64,000 nucleotides of DNA from Lama glama (GCA_028534125.1 CM052816.1:100070001-100134000), one strand, 5' to 3'; counted from the stretch's first letter, positions 49,631-62,859 are shown. Translations and numbers: made by a program. The notes: generated by a model from the sequence alone, not told the origin.

Positions 49631-51108
49631 GACGAGTGTGAGTGGGTGTGGGTGCGCACTGCTGTGCCTGTCACTCTAGCACTGAACTGGCTGGTGTCTT
49701 TCAAGGATCAGCACAATATAAACTCCCAGATGGCGAACGCTTTGCAACCGAACATTCTCAACGACAGATTTTAACCAGGTGGATATCGTCACCTTTGGAA
49801 GCGGCGAGGAAGGAGGGCTGTTTGCAGCGGAGAGCGCCACAACTCAGGGCACATCGGTGTGCTTTCCAGGAGCAAGTGGAGCCAGCACCCTTCTGACGTG
49901 GTGCGCATGTGCCTGCGCTGTTTTTTAAAGCCCCTCTCTGATCGGTTTAGAAAATCACTGACGGAGGTGCAGGCAGATCCGCCCTGGCCGGTGCGGGTCC
50001 AGACACTTGGCACCCAGCCGGAGACGGGAAAAGGGTGCACCGGGGAGTCCTGCTCCAGGCTCGCCCGGAGCAGGCAGGCCACCCGGGATTGCCAACCAGC
50101 TGGGCGGTCAGGAGGGCTCAGATCCGCCCTTCAGACCAGACCTGTGTCCAGAATCTCTGTGCCTGATTGAAGCAAGGGGCCTCACTTAGGCAGACAGGAA
50201 GTTCCTTTACAAAGAAGTTTAGCGTCTACAGAGCACATGATCTAGCAGTGGAAATTAGCCAACCCCGCTCTTCACTGCCTAACAGAACTCACAGGCACGT
50301 GCAGGGCTCTAGAGTCAGACGACGTGATGGTCCAAACCCACAGGAATCGCCCCCTGAAAATGCTTCATCCGTGGTGCGTAACCAGGAAGCTCCTGGGGTT
50401 GCCCAGATGCAGTGAGGGTGGGGACCCCTTGCCAGGGGAGTGGGCTTCCTTCCTAGGTAAGAGGTGGTCTGGGTGGACACACAGGGGCCAGGCTGGGGGT
50501 TACACCCGACCTCAGTGTCCCCAGGTTGGAGCTTCAGGCTGACAGGTCACGAGATCTCCATCCCCAGATCCTGTGACCCTAGACAACAGATGCTGCCTTC
50601 ACTGGGGTTTCCTGCCTGCCCCCGACCCCTGGGAGGTGTGTCCCTTTAAGGCCCCCATGTTGGTCAAAGGCAGGGTTTGCCTTCAGCGGGTTCACAGGAA
50701 GCCACGATCCAGACCCACACACAGACTTTCTGGGGAGCTGAGGAGGTTCCAATGAGAAGGAAACCAGCAGAAAAGAAGCCAAGAGAACAAAGAATTGACC
50801 AGAAGGATGGGGACAGGTGGACTCTGGCAGCTTCTGCTCTTCGACCGGAAGGGGCCGTAGGAAACCCAAGCAGCCTCAGGGCCTCCTCACTGCTCCTGGC
50901 AGGATGGCAGGCTGTCACTCTTCCAGGGACACAGGGTAGGCAGGACTTAAAGGGAAGATCGTTTGGGAGATGGGGTTCTTCTCACAATCCGTGAATGTCC
51001 CCAGATGCCTGCATTCAGTGACTTCTGTGCATGGAAGGGAGAAATGGGCCCGTCTTGCTGGTAATTCAGCAGCCTTCGCAGTTCTCAGCTGTCACCAGCC
51101 GGGGCATC

Positions 51109-51446
51109 TGCTCCAGCCTGAATGTCTGTCCCCCCAGGATTCACGTGCCAGAGCCCCCAACGTGACGGTATTAGGAGGTGGGCACTGGGGGGACTAGGTC
51201 ACGAGGGCGGAGCCCTGGCAAGTGGGGTTAGTGTCCTTCTAAGAAGGGTCACAAGGGACTTGAGCTTTCTCTGTACCCCGTGAGGACCCACCAAGAAGGT
51301 GGCTGTCCGCAGGCCGGGAAGAGGGTCCTCGCTGAGGACTCTGATCTCGGGCTTCCCAACCTTCAGAACTATGAGGAATAAATATCGCAGTTTGCACCAC
51401 TCAGCCTGTGATGCTTTGTTACAGACGCCCTGGCTGATGAAGACTG
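51109..51446 (+). mobile_element. MLT1A/MST-like ERVL-MaLR solo LTR
   Basis: ctgaatgtctgtcccccc...ccccaacgtgacggtattaggaggtggg...ggtcacgagggcggagccct...ggggttagtgtccttctaag...cttcagaactatgaggaataaat...tttgttacag. Confidence 0.85.
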
Positions 51447-52204
51447 CGCCCCAGAGGACCAAGGCCACCTTGGCCTTGTGCGCCAGCATCCTCACGTGTG
51501 TGGGGTTGTCTGACGGTGTGGTACCAGTGGTGACCCGGGGGAAGGACCCTGTGTTGGTTATTAGTGTGACGTTCATGAGGTTAGAAAGGTGAGGCTCTCT
51601 CTGCGGCCCCGGCACCAGGCCCGTGTGGGTAGGAAGGACCCACTGCCTTCCCATCACAACTATTCCTAAATCCACTTTGCATTGTTCGTCTTTCCCTGTT
51701 GAGTGTTTACATGTCATTCCAGTTTTCCAAAACAGCATAAAAAATACATAAAGAAACCAGTTCTGGGAGGACTTAATGAGATACGCAAAGGACGTGAAAT
51801 CACAGAGCTGTTGCGCAGCAGGGAAACCACCGAGCACGCGAGCATGAGCTTCATGCAGGACGTGATCCTCCACGGCTGGGAGCGCGCGCACACGTGATCC
51901 AGTGGGCAGGGCGCCTGTGTGCCTGGAAATGTTTTAATGTTGCCTGAACAAGCAGCAGTCATCACGGTTCAGTCTTCAACACACTTTGGGAAAAAAATGT
52001 TAACTTTGATCTAATGGATCCCTGTAAATATATACTGGGAAAAAACAACTTTCTCAGATTTCATGGAAACCACCATGGAGCCTGGGGTGGGCAGGCCGCG
52101 TGTACTGGGAGGCCTCCCTGGTACACGGGGGTTTTCTCCTTCTGTCAGGGGAAAGCCCCATGGACTAGAAGGCACCAGGAACGCTCTCTGCCACATCAGG
52201 CACA

Positions 52205-52575
52205 ATGTCAGTTTTGATAAGAACAGTAGAAACATAGACTACTTTACACGACGAAGGGTATTTCTTGGTGCTCATGAGCAAGAAGTGCTGAGGTCCATCG
52301 CCTTCAGGAACAGCTGGATCCAGGAGCTCTGACTGTGACCCAAGAAGCACTGCCTCTTTCTCATTGTCTGTCAGCTCTGTCTTCTTTTGCAATGCTTCAT
52401 CCTCAGGTAAGATCTCCCAGGTGCTGGAAAACGTTGCCTCTGACAAGTCCCGGTTTTGTGTTCTATCATCCACAGTGATTGCAAGAGTGATCGGATTAGC
52501 CTGGACCTGGTCATGTGCATCCGTGAACCAGTCGCTCTGCTCAGGGAAATAAAAACGGCCAGGTGGGGTCACAGG
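52205..52575 (-). mobile_element. MLT1K/J-like old MaLR LTR
   Basis: cttcaggaacagctggatccaggagctc; cagctctgtcttc...gcttcatcctcagg; ggtcatgtgcatccgtgaaccagtcgct...ggccaggtggggtcac. Confidence 0.55.
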
Positions 52576-52599
52576 GGGAGCCAGAACCAGGGGTGGCAG

Positions 52600-53131
52600 C
52601 TGCGGTGATCTGAAGATGGGTCTCCGCAGACCCCAGCCCTCACTCCCAGGGCCTGTGGGTACGTGGCCTCACAGGGCAAAAGGGACTTTGCAAATGTGTT
52701 TAAATTAAGGGCCTGGAGGTGGGAGGTTTTCCTGGATTATCTGGGGTTGGGGGGAGTCCAGTGTCATCGTAGGTGTCCCAGAAGAGGGAGACAGAGGTGT
52801 CAGAGTGAGAGAGAAGACCTGAGGACAGAAGCAGAGGGTACAGAGGAGAGGAGATGCCGGCTGCTGGCTTTGAGGACGGAGGGGGGCAGGCCAAGGAGTG
52901 CGGGCGCCTCTAGAACCTGAAACGGGCAGGGGACGAACTCTCCCCTTGGGGTTGGAGTAGGGTGACAAAGCCTTCCCTCTCCAGAGGGGACCAACCCTGC
53001 CAACAACTCAACTTATCCCCTTCGATGCTGATGCTGGAATTCTCATCTTGGAACTGTGAGAAGACAGATGTGTGCTGATTTCAGCCCCGGGTTAGCGGTC
53101 AGCGGTACAGGAGCCGTGGGAGACTAACACG
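52600..53131 (+). mobile_element. MLT1D-like solo LTR
   Basis: cacagggcaaaagggactttgcaaatgtg..taaattaagg...cctggattatctggg...gctggctttgaggacgga...gcgggcgcctctagaa...ggaactgtgagaag...gagactaacacg. Confidence 0.85.
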
Positions 53132-53234
53132 GTGGTAACAGGCACGGCCACACCAGCTGACCGGCTCGGAGAACTCACCCCCTGCCAAATACGCTTGTCT
53201 ACAGCAGGTTCCTCCTCCAGTCATGGGGCGGGGC

Positions 53235-53300
53235 TGCACCTTGCAGGTGAGGAAACTGAGGCACAGGGGGCAATCTGCCCAGGGTCACACTGCTGATGTT
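53235..53300 (-). mobile_element. MIR core fragment
   Basis: ttgcaggtgaggaaactgaggcacaggggg...ctgcccagggtcacac. Confidence 0.75.
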
Positions 53301-55244
53301 CAGAGCCCCCCCAGCTGGAGGACGGAGGGAGAGCTCATGGGATCCAACTTTCTCAGCAGAGCCAGGGGCTGGAGGTGACCCTACATCAGAAAGGACTTGT
53401 CCCACAGCAGCTGGACCAAGGTCTGTGTCCCCTGCCTACCGGCCCCGGGCCCTGCGGGTCAGGAGCAGAGGCCGCAGGAGACGGACCTGCACCTCAGGAG
53501 GGGCCGGAAGGCATGGGGCTGCCTCTCGGGTCCGCAGGCCCCTCCACCTCTTGGGCAGCGTGCTGGGCATCCCAGCGCCACCAGCTTGAGCTCAGAGGGC
53601 CCCAGACTCGGCGAGAACACGGAGAATCTTAAAATTCCCTTCCCAAACTATTGTAAAAGAACCTTAAAAACATTCAACAGTCTGTTTGAGAAACTCAACA
53701 TCATGACCATCAGCACATTTGCCCCCAAATAAAAGGACACCATGTCCGGGACGCTGGGACTTAAGAATAAACTCTCTTAAGAAAATCAAAACATTTTTTT
53801 CTTAAATCACTGTTGCCTTAAAGTGCCCCCTAGTCAACCTTGCACTCATCAAAATGAGAATTTTGCCAAATAAAGGGACATACCGCCGACAGAGGTAAGA
53901 AAACGCAGGAAAGCTGACAGCGTGGGTCCCCTTAATTACTCTGCTTCCTTCTTTGCTCTGACGGCATCTCAGCCGCCGGCTGGAGGCCCCACTCCTGCTT
54001 CTGAAGACCTGGAATTCAATTTAATTCAAAGAATTGTCACTGCCCTGTGCACCCAGTCAGCGAAGGCATCAGGCCGGTCCCCCTCCTGTCATCTTCACCA
54101 TGTAGAGACCGTATGCGGGGCTGTGAGCCTCTGACGCAGGGCCCGCACTTCCTGGAGACGAGGGTCGGGTCAGCGCCTGCCCTGCAGTGGCCAGGGGGAC
54201 GCTGGTCACTGAGGACGTGAGCAGAAACGAAACATCGTGATGCTCGGTGGCCACTCGGCTCACAGCCTCGTTGGTGCTGAAGTCGTCAGGCCACAAAGAG
54301 CACCCTTCCTGGTTCTCAGACGGTCTTCGCAGTACGTGGGAGAGGCCTTCGAGGGGCGGCCGAGGCTGCAGGGCAGGGGTCGGTCTGAAGAGCCCTGGTG
54401 CGCGAGCGGCCTTAGTACCAGAGTACCTCCTGGCTCCCAGGTGGCCTCCCAGCTCGCTCACAGGGATTTCCCAAAGGGAGGATGGGGCCCAGAGACATCT
54501 CAGTCATCCTGAAATCAGTGACCTGGTACTCTGGTCTCCACGCAGACACGGAACAAAAGCTACCTCAGCTTTCAGCTGACCGAGCAGAAGGGCCTCCCCT
54601 TGGGTTTGCGCAAGATACGGGAACAGACTCGCTGACGTGAACTGGGCCCCGGCTTCCCACGTGGCGCAGGCCAGGGAGCCACAGGGAGCACCGAGCCATG
54701 GGCGGGCAGGCGTGAGGCAGCCGGGCTGTCCCAGGGCTCCCGGGGGCAGTGAGCTCCTGGCCCGTGAGTGCTCAGAGCCAGCTCACCCACGTCCACGTCT
54801 GCCACCATCCTCAGGGCCCACGTGATCCTTCCGTGGGGGGCTGTTTTCATTCTATGACAAATGCTCCAATTCGTGGAAAATCATAACTCAGACACACGTG
54901 GATGTCGGCCATCCCTCCTGAGGAACGTTAATGACAACCAGGCTTGGTGACAGGGCTTCTGGGCCACGTGAGAGATGGTCTCAGGGGGACGTGTGACCAA
55001 GCTGGGGGTCCGCAGCGCTGGAAAGGAACCTGTTTACAAATCCTGCCAACAGTGCTCTTTAAGATGATGCCCAGTGGCCTCAGTGCTCATCCAAGATGAA
55101 TTGACTCCAACTCAAAACGTGCTGGTGGGTTGAAGCCACAAACACAGCAGCCCGGGCGGAGAGAGCGCCTCAGCCAGAGCACCGGGGCGTGCTGCCGTTG
55201 CGTCTTTCTCAAGGAGCACGAGACTGAGACTCTCGGAGAGGGAG

Positions 55245-55335
55245 TGCACGTGCCTGTACAACCGCGTCGCGGTTTCACGCCAGAAATTAACCCAGCGTTG
55301 TACATCAATCATACTTCAATAAAAAACAATTAAAA
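55245..55335 (+). mobile_element. LINE-1 extreme 3' tip with A-rich tail
   Basis: cacgccagaaattaacccagcgttgtacatcaatcatacttcaataaaaaa matches the L1 terminus (cacctgaaactaacacaacattgtaaatcaactatacttcaataaaa). Confidence 0.75.
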
Positions 55336-57569
55336 ATTAGAGACAAGTGAGACCCTAGCTGTAGACCCATGAGAAGCTGCCTCTCATTTGCCGAGGAAAG
55401 TCAACGACTTCGGGGCAACGTCGGCCAGCTCGGAGCCACGCGCTGGCCGTGGTCAGCCGGGGAGGGCGAGTCGGAGCTGGCGGGCCCCGGCAAGTAGGCG
55501 GGGGCTGCCAAGGGATCCGTCCGCTTCTCAGGCAGTTGGCAGAGCCCCCAGCGAAGATGCGGGACTGCCGCCTTATTCCGGCCTCCTCAGGGGTCTCCAG
55601 GCGGCCTGGTCCGAGCCGCAGGCCTGAGACCAGCCCCCGGGCGCACTGGCGAGGGGAGGAGCAGCTTCCCCAGAGTAGCCTGGAGGGTCTGCGGGTTTTC
55701 CTGGGAGGTCTCTGTGCGGGAACTGCTGCCGCCCGGCAGACTTGTTAGCTACTTTCCTTCCCTGAATTTAAAAAATTGCATTATATACTCAGCCTCGTTA
55801 CCGAACCTGTAAAGTTTATTAAAGTGTATCGACCGTGTGTACACACGTCCGGGTTTAGCTCAGATGGCTGCTCTCAAGCCGGAACATTGAATTAAGAGGC
55901 AGGGCCTCGCCGCGGCTCGGGTAGACTCCAGCCGAGCCACAGGTAGCAGAAGTCTCCTTCAATTAGGCATAATCATCACTCACAGTCAATAATTGTGCTA
56001 AAGGCTGCTTTCAAATCTGCGAGGGATTCGCATTTAATGTACTGATTCAGCTTGTCTGAGCCAAATTCACTGTGTACTGAAACCAAAGCAATTTAGTTCT
56101 TGCCTACGGCCCTTCTGGCAGTTCATCCAGTGCCCGCGCTGCAAGGGCTGTGAGGTACAATTTAATCTGAGACATCTGTGCACAGGCGGCCCCTTCTCCT
56201 TAGTGGAGAGAGACGCAGGGATGACTGAGCTCTGGTGTTGTGGGAAGAACCAGGCCTTATCTCGCCCCTGAAAAATAAAGCATTTAAGATAGAGGAAAAA
56301 GCCAAATCAAAAAAATTTTTTTTCCTTGGGTTTATGAAATGCACACAGCAGCTACGCACAGCGTCTGCTCCGACCGGCAGAAAGCACTTGAGTGGTGACC
56401 CCAGGATAACCATTGAAGGATATTGCGCTTATCGCTGGCCGCAGCCGACGAGGAGATCTTTATTAAATATGAAAGGGAGACGGCTCGTGCTGTGTGAGTT
56501 TGCACAAATATTGAAATGCCTCTATGCGCGTTCCTTGCCTCGTGGTCTTGGAAACTGGTCGTCATGTTAACTGGCTGTCATATTTATCGCCCGTCTCCCG
56601 CCGCTTCCGGGGGGGCACGCCCCCTGCAGCACCTGAAGGTCAAGTCCAGGGTGCCTGACGTCGCCTGAGCCACAGCTGAGAAATCCACTCTCCCAACAGT
56701 TGTTAAAATGACCTCCCGGTCAGTTCCCAGGCTGTGTGACTCCAAGCGCTGTCGCTTGAGTCAGGCCCTGAGCGGAGTCACAGCTCCTGCTGATGCATGG
56801 GCTGTTTTGACTTGTTTCGTCTGTCACGTCGTGATCACAGATATACTTAAAATTGCATCTGTGTGGAGGCAGGAGCGGTGCGGCTTGGGAACTTCGTCCA
56901 CCGTTTTCATGAAAGGAAATTGGGACAGATTTTGGAAATGCGTCTAGGTTGTCCTGGAAATGGGAAGTCGGTGGGACAAAGCAAACAGCACAGGACTGGA
57001 TGGACAAGCCGGTGTCCCTGGGCCATGGTGCTGATGAGGCTGTGTGTAAGGGCAGAGCTCTGGGCCACGCAGGGGAACAGCGAGGGTGGAGCGGGGCCGA
57101 CACTAGGTTGATGCAGTCCGGGCTCAAAGGAAGACAAGGCCATTTTCTGGTTCACGTGATCCAGGGCGCATCCCCTCGGGTGAATCACGTTTGCATTTTC
57201 AAGCTGAAACTCCCCCTCCCACCCAGTGAGCTGCGCTTGTGGACCAGCAGACAAGGATGAACCCAGAGACAGACTCTCCTGGGGACGTGTCAGAGGCAAC
57301 CTCCTGTACAGAGGACTGCGTGGGGTCCCGGTTGCAGCATTAGCAAGCCCTAGGGGGCCGGGGCCAAGGGGCGGGGAGGCGGTGGAGCGGGGCACCGGGG
57401 GCGTCCGGCAAGAAGGAGGTGGCACGATGGGTCCAGCCCCTGCGGGCCCCGCCCCTGTCATCAGGAGGAGGCCTCCCCAGGCCGCTGGGCTCCTGCTGTG
57501 TTCCAGCTGATGCTCCACGTGGCTTCCCTGCCTCATCTCTCTGAATCTTCCTGACCGCTTGTGAACAGG

Positions 57570-57680
57570 GACCACATTATCCCCAGTTCACATCCTGGTA
57601 GACCGAGGCTGAGACAGGTCAGGGGACATCTTCCAGGTGAAACGTGGACACAGGACTAGATTCAAACCAAGGGAGCCCGA
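57570..57680 (-). mobile_element. MIR fragment (diverged)
   Basis: attatccccagttcaca...gaccgaggctgagacaggtcagggac...ggactagattcaaaccaagg. Confidence 0.5.
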
Positions 57681-58496
57681 GATACAGTGTGGTGGGATGG
57701 AAGGGGCCGGGACCCCAAAGCCCCTCACTAACGCTCTGGGCAACATACTAATGGGATCCGTGGGCACCCACGCTCGCTGCTTGTGCGCGATCCCTTCCTC
57801 CTGGAGGCGGGCGGTCCTGCTCGTGACCCAAGCCGCCCCTCCCGCCACGCCGCGTGTGGGAGCACTGCTCCCCGGCAGCTCCGCGCAGGGTGAGAACCAG
57901 CAATGAGAACCGGCAGCAAATCCAAAGTTCCCAGAGCACGTGATTTACACTCAGCCAAGCTCCGCCCTTTGCGACAGGCTTCCTGGCCTGCCAATGTTTA
58001 TACCCCGGCCCATTTTGGTCTTCAGTTGCTCACTTGAAGAGCCGGGGACAGCGGTGGCAAGACGGTGTGTGGAGAGGATCCCTCCAACTTCATTATTAAC
58101 TTCATTTTTCCTAACGTGGGTCCCATTAGCCCAGCAGTAACACACCATCGTCGTACAGTTTCCTGGGCAGTGGCTGGCAGCTGGGGACGCTCTCTAAAGT
58201 CAAACCGGTGCCCCGAGCACTGCATCCACTTCCAGGCTCTAAACAGCGCAGCGCAGCTCAGCATCTTGCACAAGACGCTCTGGACACACTTCGCCAGCCC
58301 GTTCCCTCTGCCTTTTCTACATTTTTTGAGGTATGAAATTGCACTCAGTAAGAAACAGGTCAGAAGCAGATTCATAGAAAAGTCTAAAAACATGTTATTC
58401 TGTGTATGACTCAGGACCATCCTGCCAAGCCCTGCAAGCGAGGTTTTTTTTTTTTTTCTAAATGCATTAAGGAGCGGGAAATGCAGGATCAAAAAT

Positions 58497-58575
58497 ACAC
58501 ACACATATATGCGCAGGCACTTACGTGGACAACACACACACATATACGCGCGGGTACTTACGTGGACGCACGCAG
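58497..58575. repeat. Two-copy, about 37-bp duplication within a (CA)-rich tract
   Basis: acacacatatatgcgcaggcacttacgtggac and acacacatatacgcgcgggtacttacgtggac. Confidence 0.8.
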
Positions 58576-59712
58576 ACACGTACAGATGCCCAGGGCTTTT
58601 ACGTGCTTGGCTTCAGCCTGAGACGTGAAGGTTAAAGCCGAGGTGCGTGCTTAGGAGGGATGGCAGCGGACTCCCAGCGACGTCTGCGTGGCGGGTGCAG
58701 ACGCTGATGATGGGGTGGTGAGACCCACCGCACACGGATATTCAAGAGGAGGAACAAAACCGCAGGAGCATGCAAGTGACGCTGTCCACAGACCCCACCG
58801 AACAGTTTCACTCTTGCAAAGACGCCCGCGACGGTAGGAAGCGGGAGACTTGGAGCATGGTCTATCCTCTTTCCGATCTCAGAAACTTCACTAGCTGGCA
58901 GCGTTTCTTATCAGGGGCTCAGCCTCTAAAAGGAAGTCGATTTTCTGTGTGTACATTGCCAAGCCAAGAGGCGGGCTTTGTCCTCGTCAGGATCATAACG
59001 CTTGGGGAGGGGGCAGCGCCCTGACTGTAGCCCCCTCAGCAGGTAAGTCTCTGGACCTGCCTTGGTCCGACTGACACCAAAAAACCAAACCTGCTGTTAG
59101 TCATCACGTCCCCTGGCTTCAGTCCTCACCCAGGCGGGCGTTTTGTGTGTCAGGGACGGAGCCTGGAAGTCAGCCTGCCGTGGCCAGAGGCCGCCCCACC
59201 ACCCTGCACCCAGGCTGCTCTGCATGCGCCCACCTGCCTGGGAGAGGCCCCCGGCCCCTGGAGCCTGGGACGCCGCGTTCTCCAGGAGGGCTGCACAGAA
59301 CAGCAGAGCGGGGAGGGGCTCCGCGCGCACTCGGGATAAGAGTCAACCAGGCAGCTCCCTTCCTCTTTTCAGGGAAAGACGTAAAACTGATCACATCCAA
59401 CAGGCGCCTGACTCCCCAGACTGGACGACCCCCCGAAGGACAGAAGCTGAGATTTGGAAGCGGTGCTGTTGACCTTTGACCCTCTTACTGTGTGGCTGAG
59501 GACGATGTGGCCCACAGACTGGAATTCCTGGTTACCCCACCCGGGCAGGGCACGTGCAGCCATAATTAACACAAACACGGAAATCTCTGTTGCCAGCTTC
59601 CCGTCACAGGCTTACGCGGCCTCCCCTCGGCAGACGCCCCGCTCAGCACCTTGTTCACTCTGGAAACAGGAGTCCCGAGCATGTGGGGACTCGCTGCCGC
59701 ACGGTGGAGCCC

Positions 59713-59763
59713 GCCCTCCAGCCCCTTCCAGCCCCTTCCAGCCCCTTCCAGCCCCTTCCAGCC
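59713..59763. repeat. 10-bp tandem repeat (gccccttcca)n, 4 perfect copies plus partial flanking units
   Basis: Read directly at 59721-59760. Confidence 0.95.
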
Positions 59764-60064
59764 TACGTCTCCTCTCAGCCAGAGAGCAGGCCAGCCTGGG
59801 TTCCTCAAAATACAGCGGTTTGTCCCCAGTCGGGCCTTCCTGCTCAGGAAGAAAGACAGAGAGAGACCATACAGCTCCCCCAAAAAGATTTTCACTTGCC
59901 CAGCACTGAGTTCCTGGGAGCTCGGAGCCCAGGTCGCACGCACAGCACATGTGTGTTAAACCTGGGGAATACGCAAGCGGGTCGCCTCACACAGGGGTGG
60001 TGGATTTTATTTTTTTAACGCTATTGAACCACTCGTGACTCTCTTTTCTACTTCAAGAAAAATC

Positions 60065-60390
60065 TTTTTAACTGACATGGATTGATTTCCGATGTGTTAG
60101 TTTCAGGTGTACAGCACAGTGACCCAGTTACACGTACGTATGTTCCCTTCTGCGCTCTCTGCCACTGTAGGCTATTACAAGACGCTGAATGTGCTGTGCC
60201 TGCAGCAGGTCCTTGCTGTCCATCGGTTTTACGTACAGGAGTGTGTGCCGGCTAATCGCAGGCTCCTACTGTATCCCGCCTCCTTTCCCCTTCGGTAACC
60301 GGAAGTTGGTTCTCTACGTCCGTGAGTCCGTTTCTGTTTTGTGAGTAAGTTCACTTGTGTCATGTTTTTAGATTCCACGTCCAAGCGGTA
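60065..60390 (-). mobile_element. LINE-1 3' end (cetartiodactyl type), strongly GC-shifted
   Basis: tgtgttagtttcaggtgtacagcacagtga...tattacaagacgctgaat...ttcggtaacc...gtgagtccgtttctgttttgt...ttttagattccac. Homologous to 24170-24413. Confidence 0.9.
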
Positions 60391-62859
60391 TGTTGAGGAG
60401 CGTCTCCGTGGTGCACGTTGTCTGCGGAGGGCTGGGTGGGCGATGGTTTCAGTTAACTGCAGGGTTAAACAGTGCCTGAGTCTGGGGGCTTCGTGGCGCT
60501 AATTGTTTCTCACAGTTACTTGGGGTCCCAGCCGACCAATTCGCAGGTGTGGATTTCATCAAAACAACAGATATCTTATCAGCTTTATTTCCATGCATCT
60601 TGTTCCAACTGTGTTTTTTATGATTAATGCCTTTGTTAACGGTTTACTTCACTTTCTATACGGGAGCCCTCCTGTGGCGAAAAAGTTCCCTGTATGGTGG
60701 CGGCATGTGGCCCACAGGTCGCAGAGGCTGGCCGGCCGCTTCCAGAAGGAGCCGCTGGAATGACGTCTTGGATAAATTCTTTGAGAGAATTTGTTGCACT
60801 GTTGCCTCCGCCAGCATCACAACACAACTGGTACGTGACCGCAGTGTCTGACTGTGGCTGCGTGTGCCGACCCGGCAGGAGCATCTCAAGTACGGGGACC
60901 CCGAGAGTGTGCCCTGCGCCCCGGGGAGTGGGTCGTGGTACTACCTTTTGCTGCTCCGTTTAGCTTCCTGTGGGGGGAAGATTGACTTCACTGTCACAGG
61001 AATAAGAGTTGTGCTGTCCACCGGGCAAATCTAAGCTTCAGGGGCCAAGATGATCTGCTTGCTGGGGGTGGGCAGGGGAGGAACGCTCCCCGGGTAAGCG
61101 CGTTCTAACCCCCGAGCGGTCTGCTTCACCCCCATTTGTCTTATTTTGAAAGCACCGTTGTTGGACCAGGACCTTTACATACATATGTAAAAATATTTTT
61201 TTCTCCCTCTTTTACTTTAGGACAGTTGTCTTACTGAAAACAACAGTGTCAAGGCTGAAATACCGTTGCTACTTTCTTATGGGAAAAAATGCGCACTTTT
61301 CCCAAAGTTGTCCTAATGTTTCTCATTTCAGCTTTATGGAGCTTTAACTTTTTTTGGCAAGTGAAAGATAATAGTATGCAGGCAGGAATGTCATGCAGAG
61401 TGAGGCTGCTCCTTCTGAGGGCAAAGGTAATTTTTTTCCCACCGATGACAGGGTCTCTGGTCTGGTCTGCAGAAGACGCTTGTGATGGCAAGGGCTTGAA
61501 CTGGTTAATGGGGAGCAGGAGTGAGGGGGCAGCGAGGTGGGCACGGGCGTCCCCGAACCTTGAGCAACAGGAGGCCGGAGGCCACGCTCACCAACATGCT
61601 TCAAGAAAAATGTTTTAATTAAGAAAGTGCGTATGAATATTTTATTTAAATTCTGTAATGGCTACAGAACATGGGAAAACACCATTTAAGTGAATAATTT
61701 GTTCAGAGTGGTGACATCCATTCAGACTTACAAAGTGATTACACGTAGCTCTTTCAGTCCAGAAAAGGAGGACTGGCTGGAGGAAGAGAAAGAGAACGTC
61801 ACAGCCAAGGCCCGGGGGGGAAGGCCGGCCGCGGAACGCACCGCGGGCCAGGATGTCTGTGTGGAGATAGTAGGTCGGGTCCTTCCGGGGTCGCTGGCCG
61901 CAGCATCTCTGCTCGGCTCGCTTCCCTGATACCCCGCATCAGCACCAATAGCGTCGCGCAGCCCAGGGAGCTGGGAGCACCGCCCCTGGGTCAGCTGTAG
62001 TTGGGGCCTCTCTAAGGGGTGTGTCAGCTGACTGTAACACGCAGCAAGGTCATCAGCACGCGGTCCTCGCCGGCTAACTGATGTTGTGCGGCACAGGATT
62101 TGGGATGAAATACACTCAGGTTAGCAAAGCCAGCGGGCTGGCCCGGGACGCCAGAGTGCATCACTGGGGGCGTTCCTGCATGTAACACCAAGGCTGGTCC
62201 ACAGGGCTCTCGCGGTTTCAGAACCAGCTCGGGAATGCCGGCTGGGACTTGGTAAATGCAGCCTCTCGTCTCTGCCGTTACGTAGTGCTTGGTGTGGAAC
62301 CAGATCTGAGACACCACACAAGCCCATCCAACAGAAAACTGGGTTTGGGGTCGTTCTCGGGGATGACAAGGTAGGGAAGCCTGTGTTTGTGGAGTTTCTT
62401 CAGCACATTTTTTCATGGCAGGTTGCTACAGAATCATTTTTTCAAACCTGAAATGGTCAGGAAAAAATGAGTAAACATGCTTTCTCTCAGTTGAGGTCCA
62501 ATTTCCAGCTTGCCATCTACCAGTGTCTGAACGTACGTTGAGTCTCTCGTACGGACATTTGGTGTGAAAACTGCTGAGTCTGTGAAAAGGAGAACAAGGC
62601 ACTAGAAGGGGCAGCCTCGCCCTCTCCACGCGGGGTGGGGGGCGTTGTGGGGCCGAGGGGACTGAGGACATTCACTGACTCTGTGGTGACATCCACGGGG
62701 GCAGCTACAAAAAGGAAATAGCCGGTATCTGGTTGCACACGTCTAGGAAGACCGCGCGGCCTGGCGGCCCCCGTGCGCTGTTGGACTTCTTGGTCTGCTT
62801 ATCTCTGTACGTTCATTCCGAACTCCTGGAAGCATTTTACATTATGTTTTAATAAGTTG

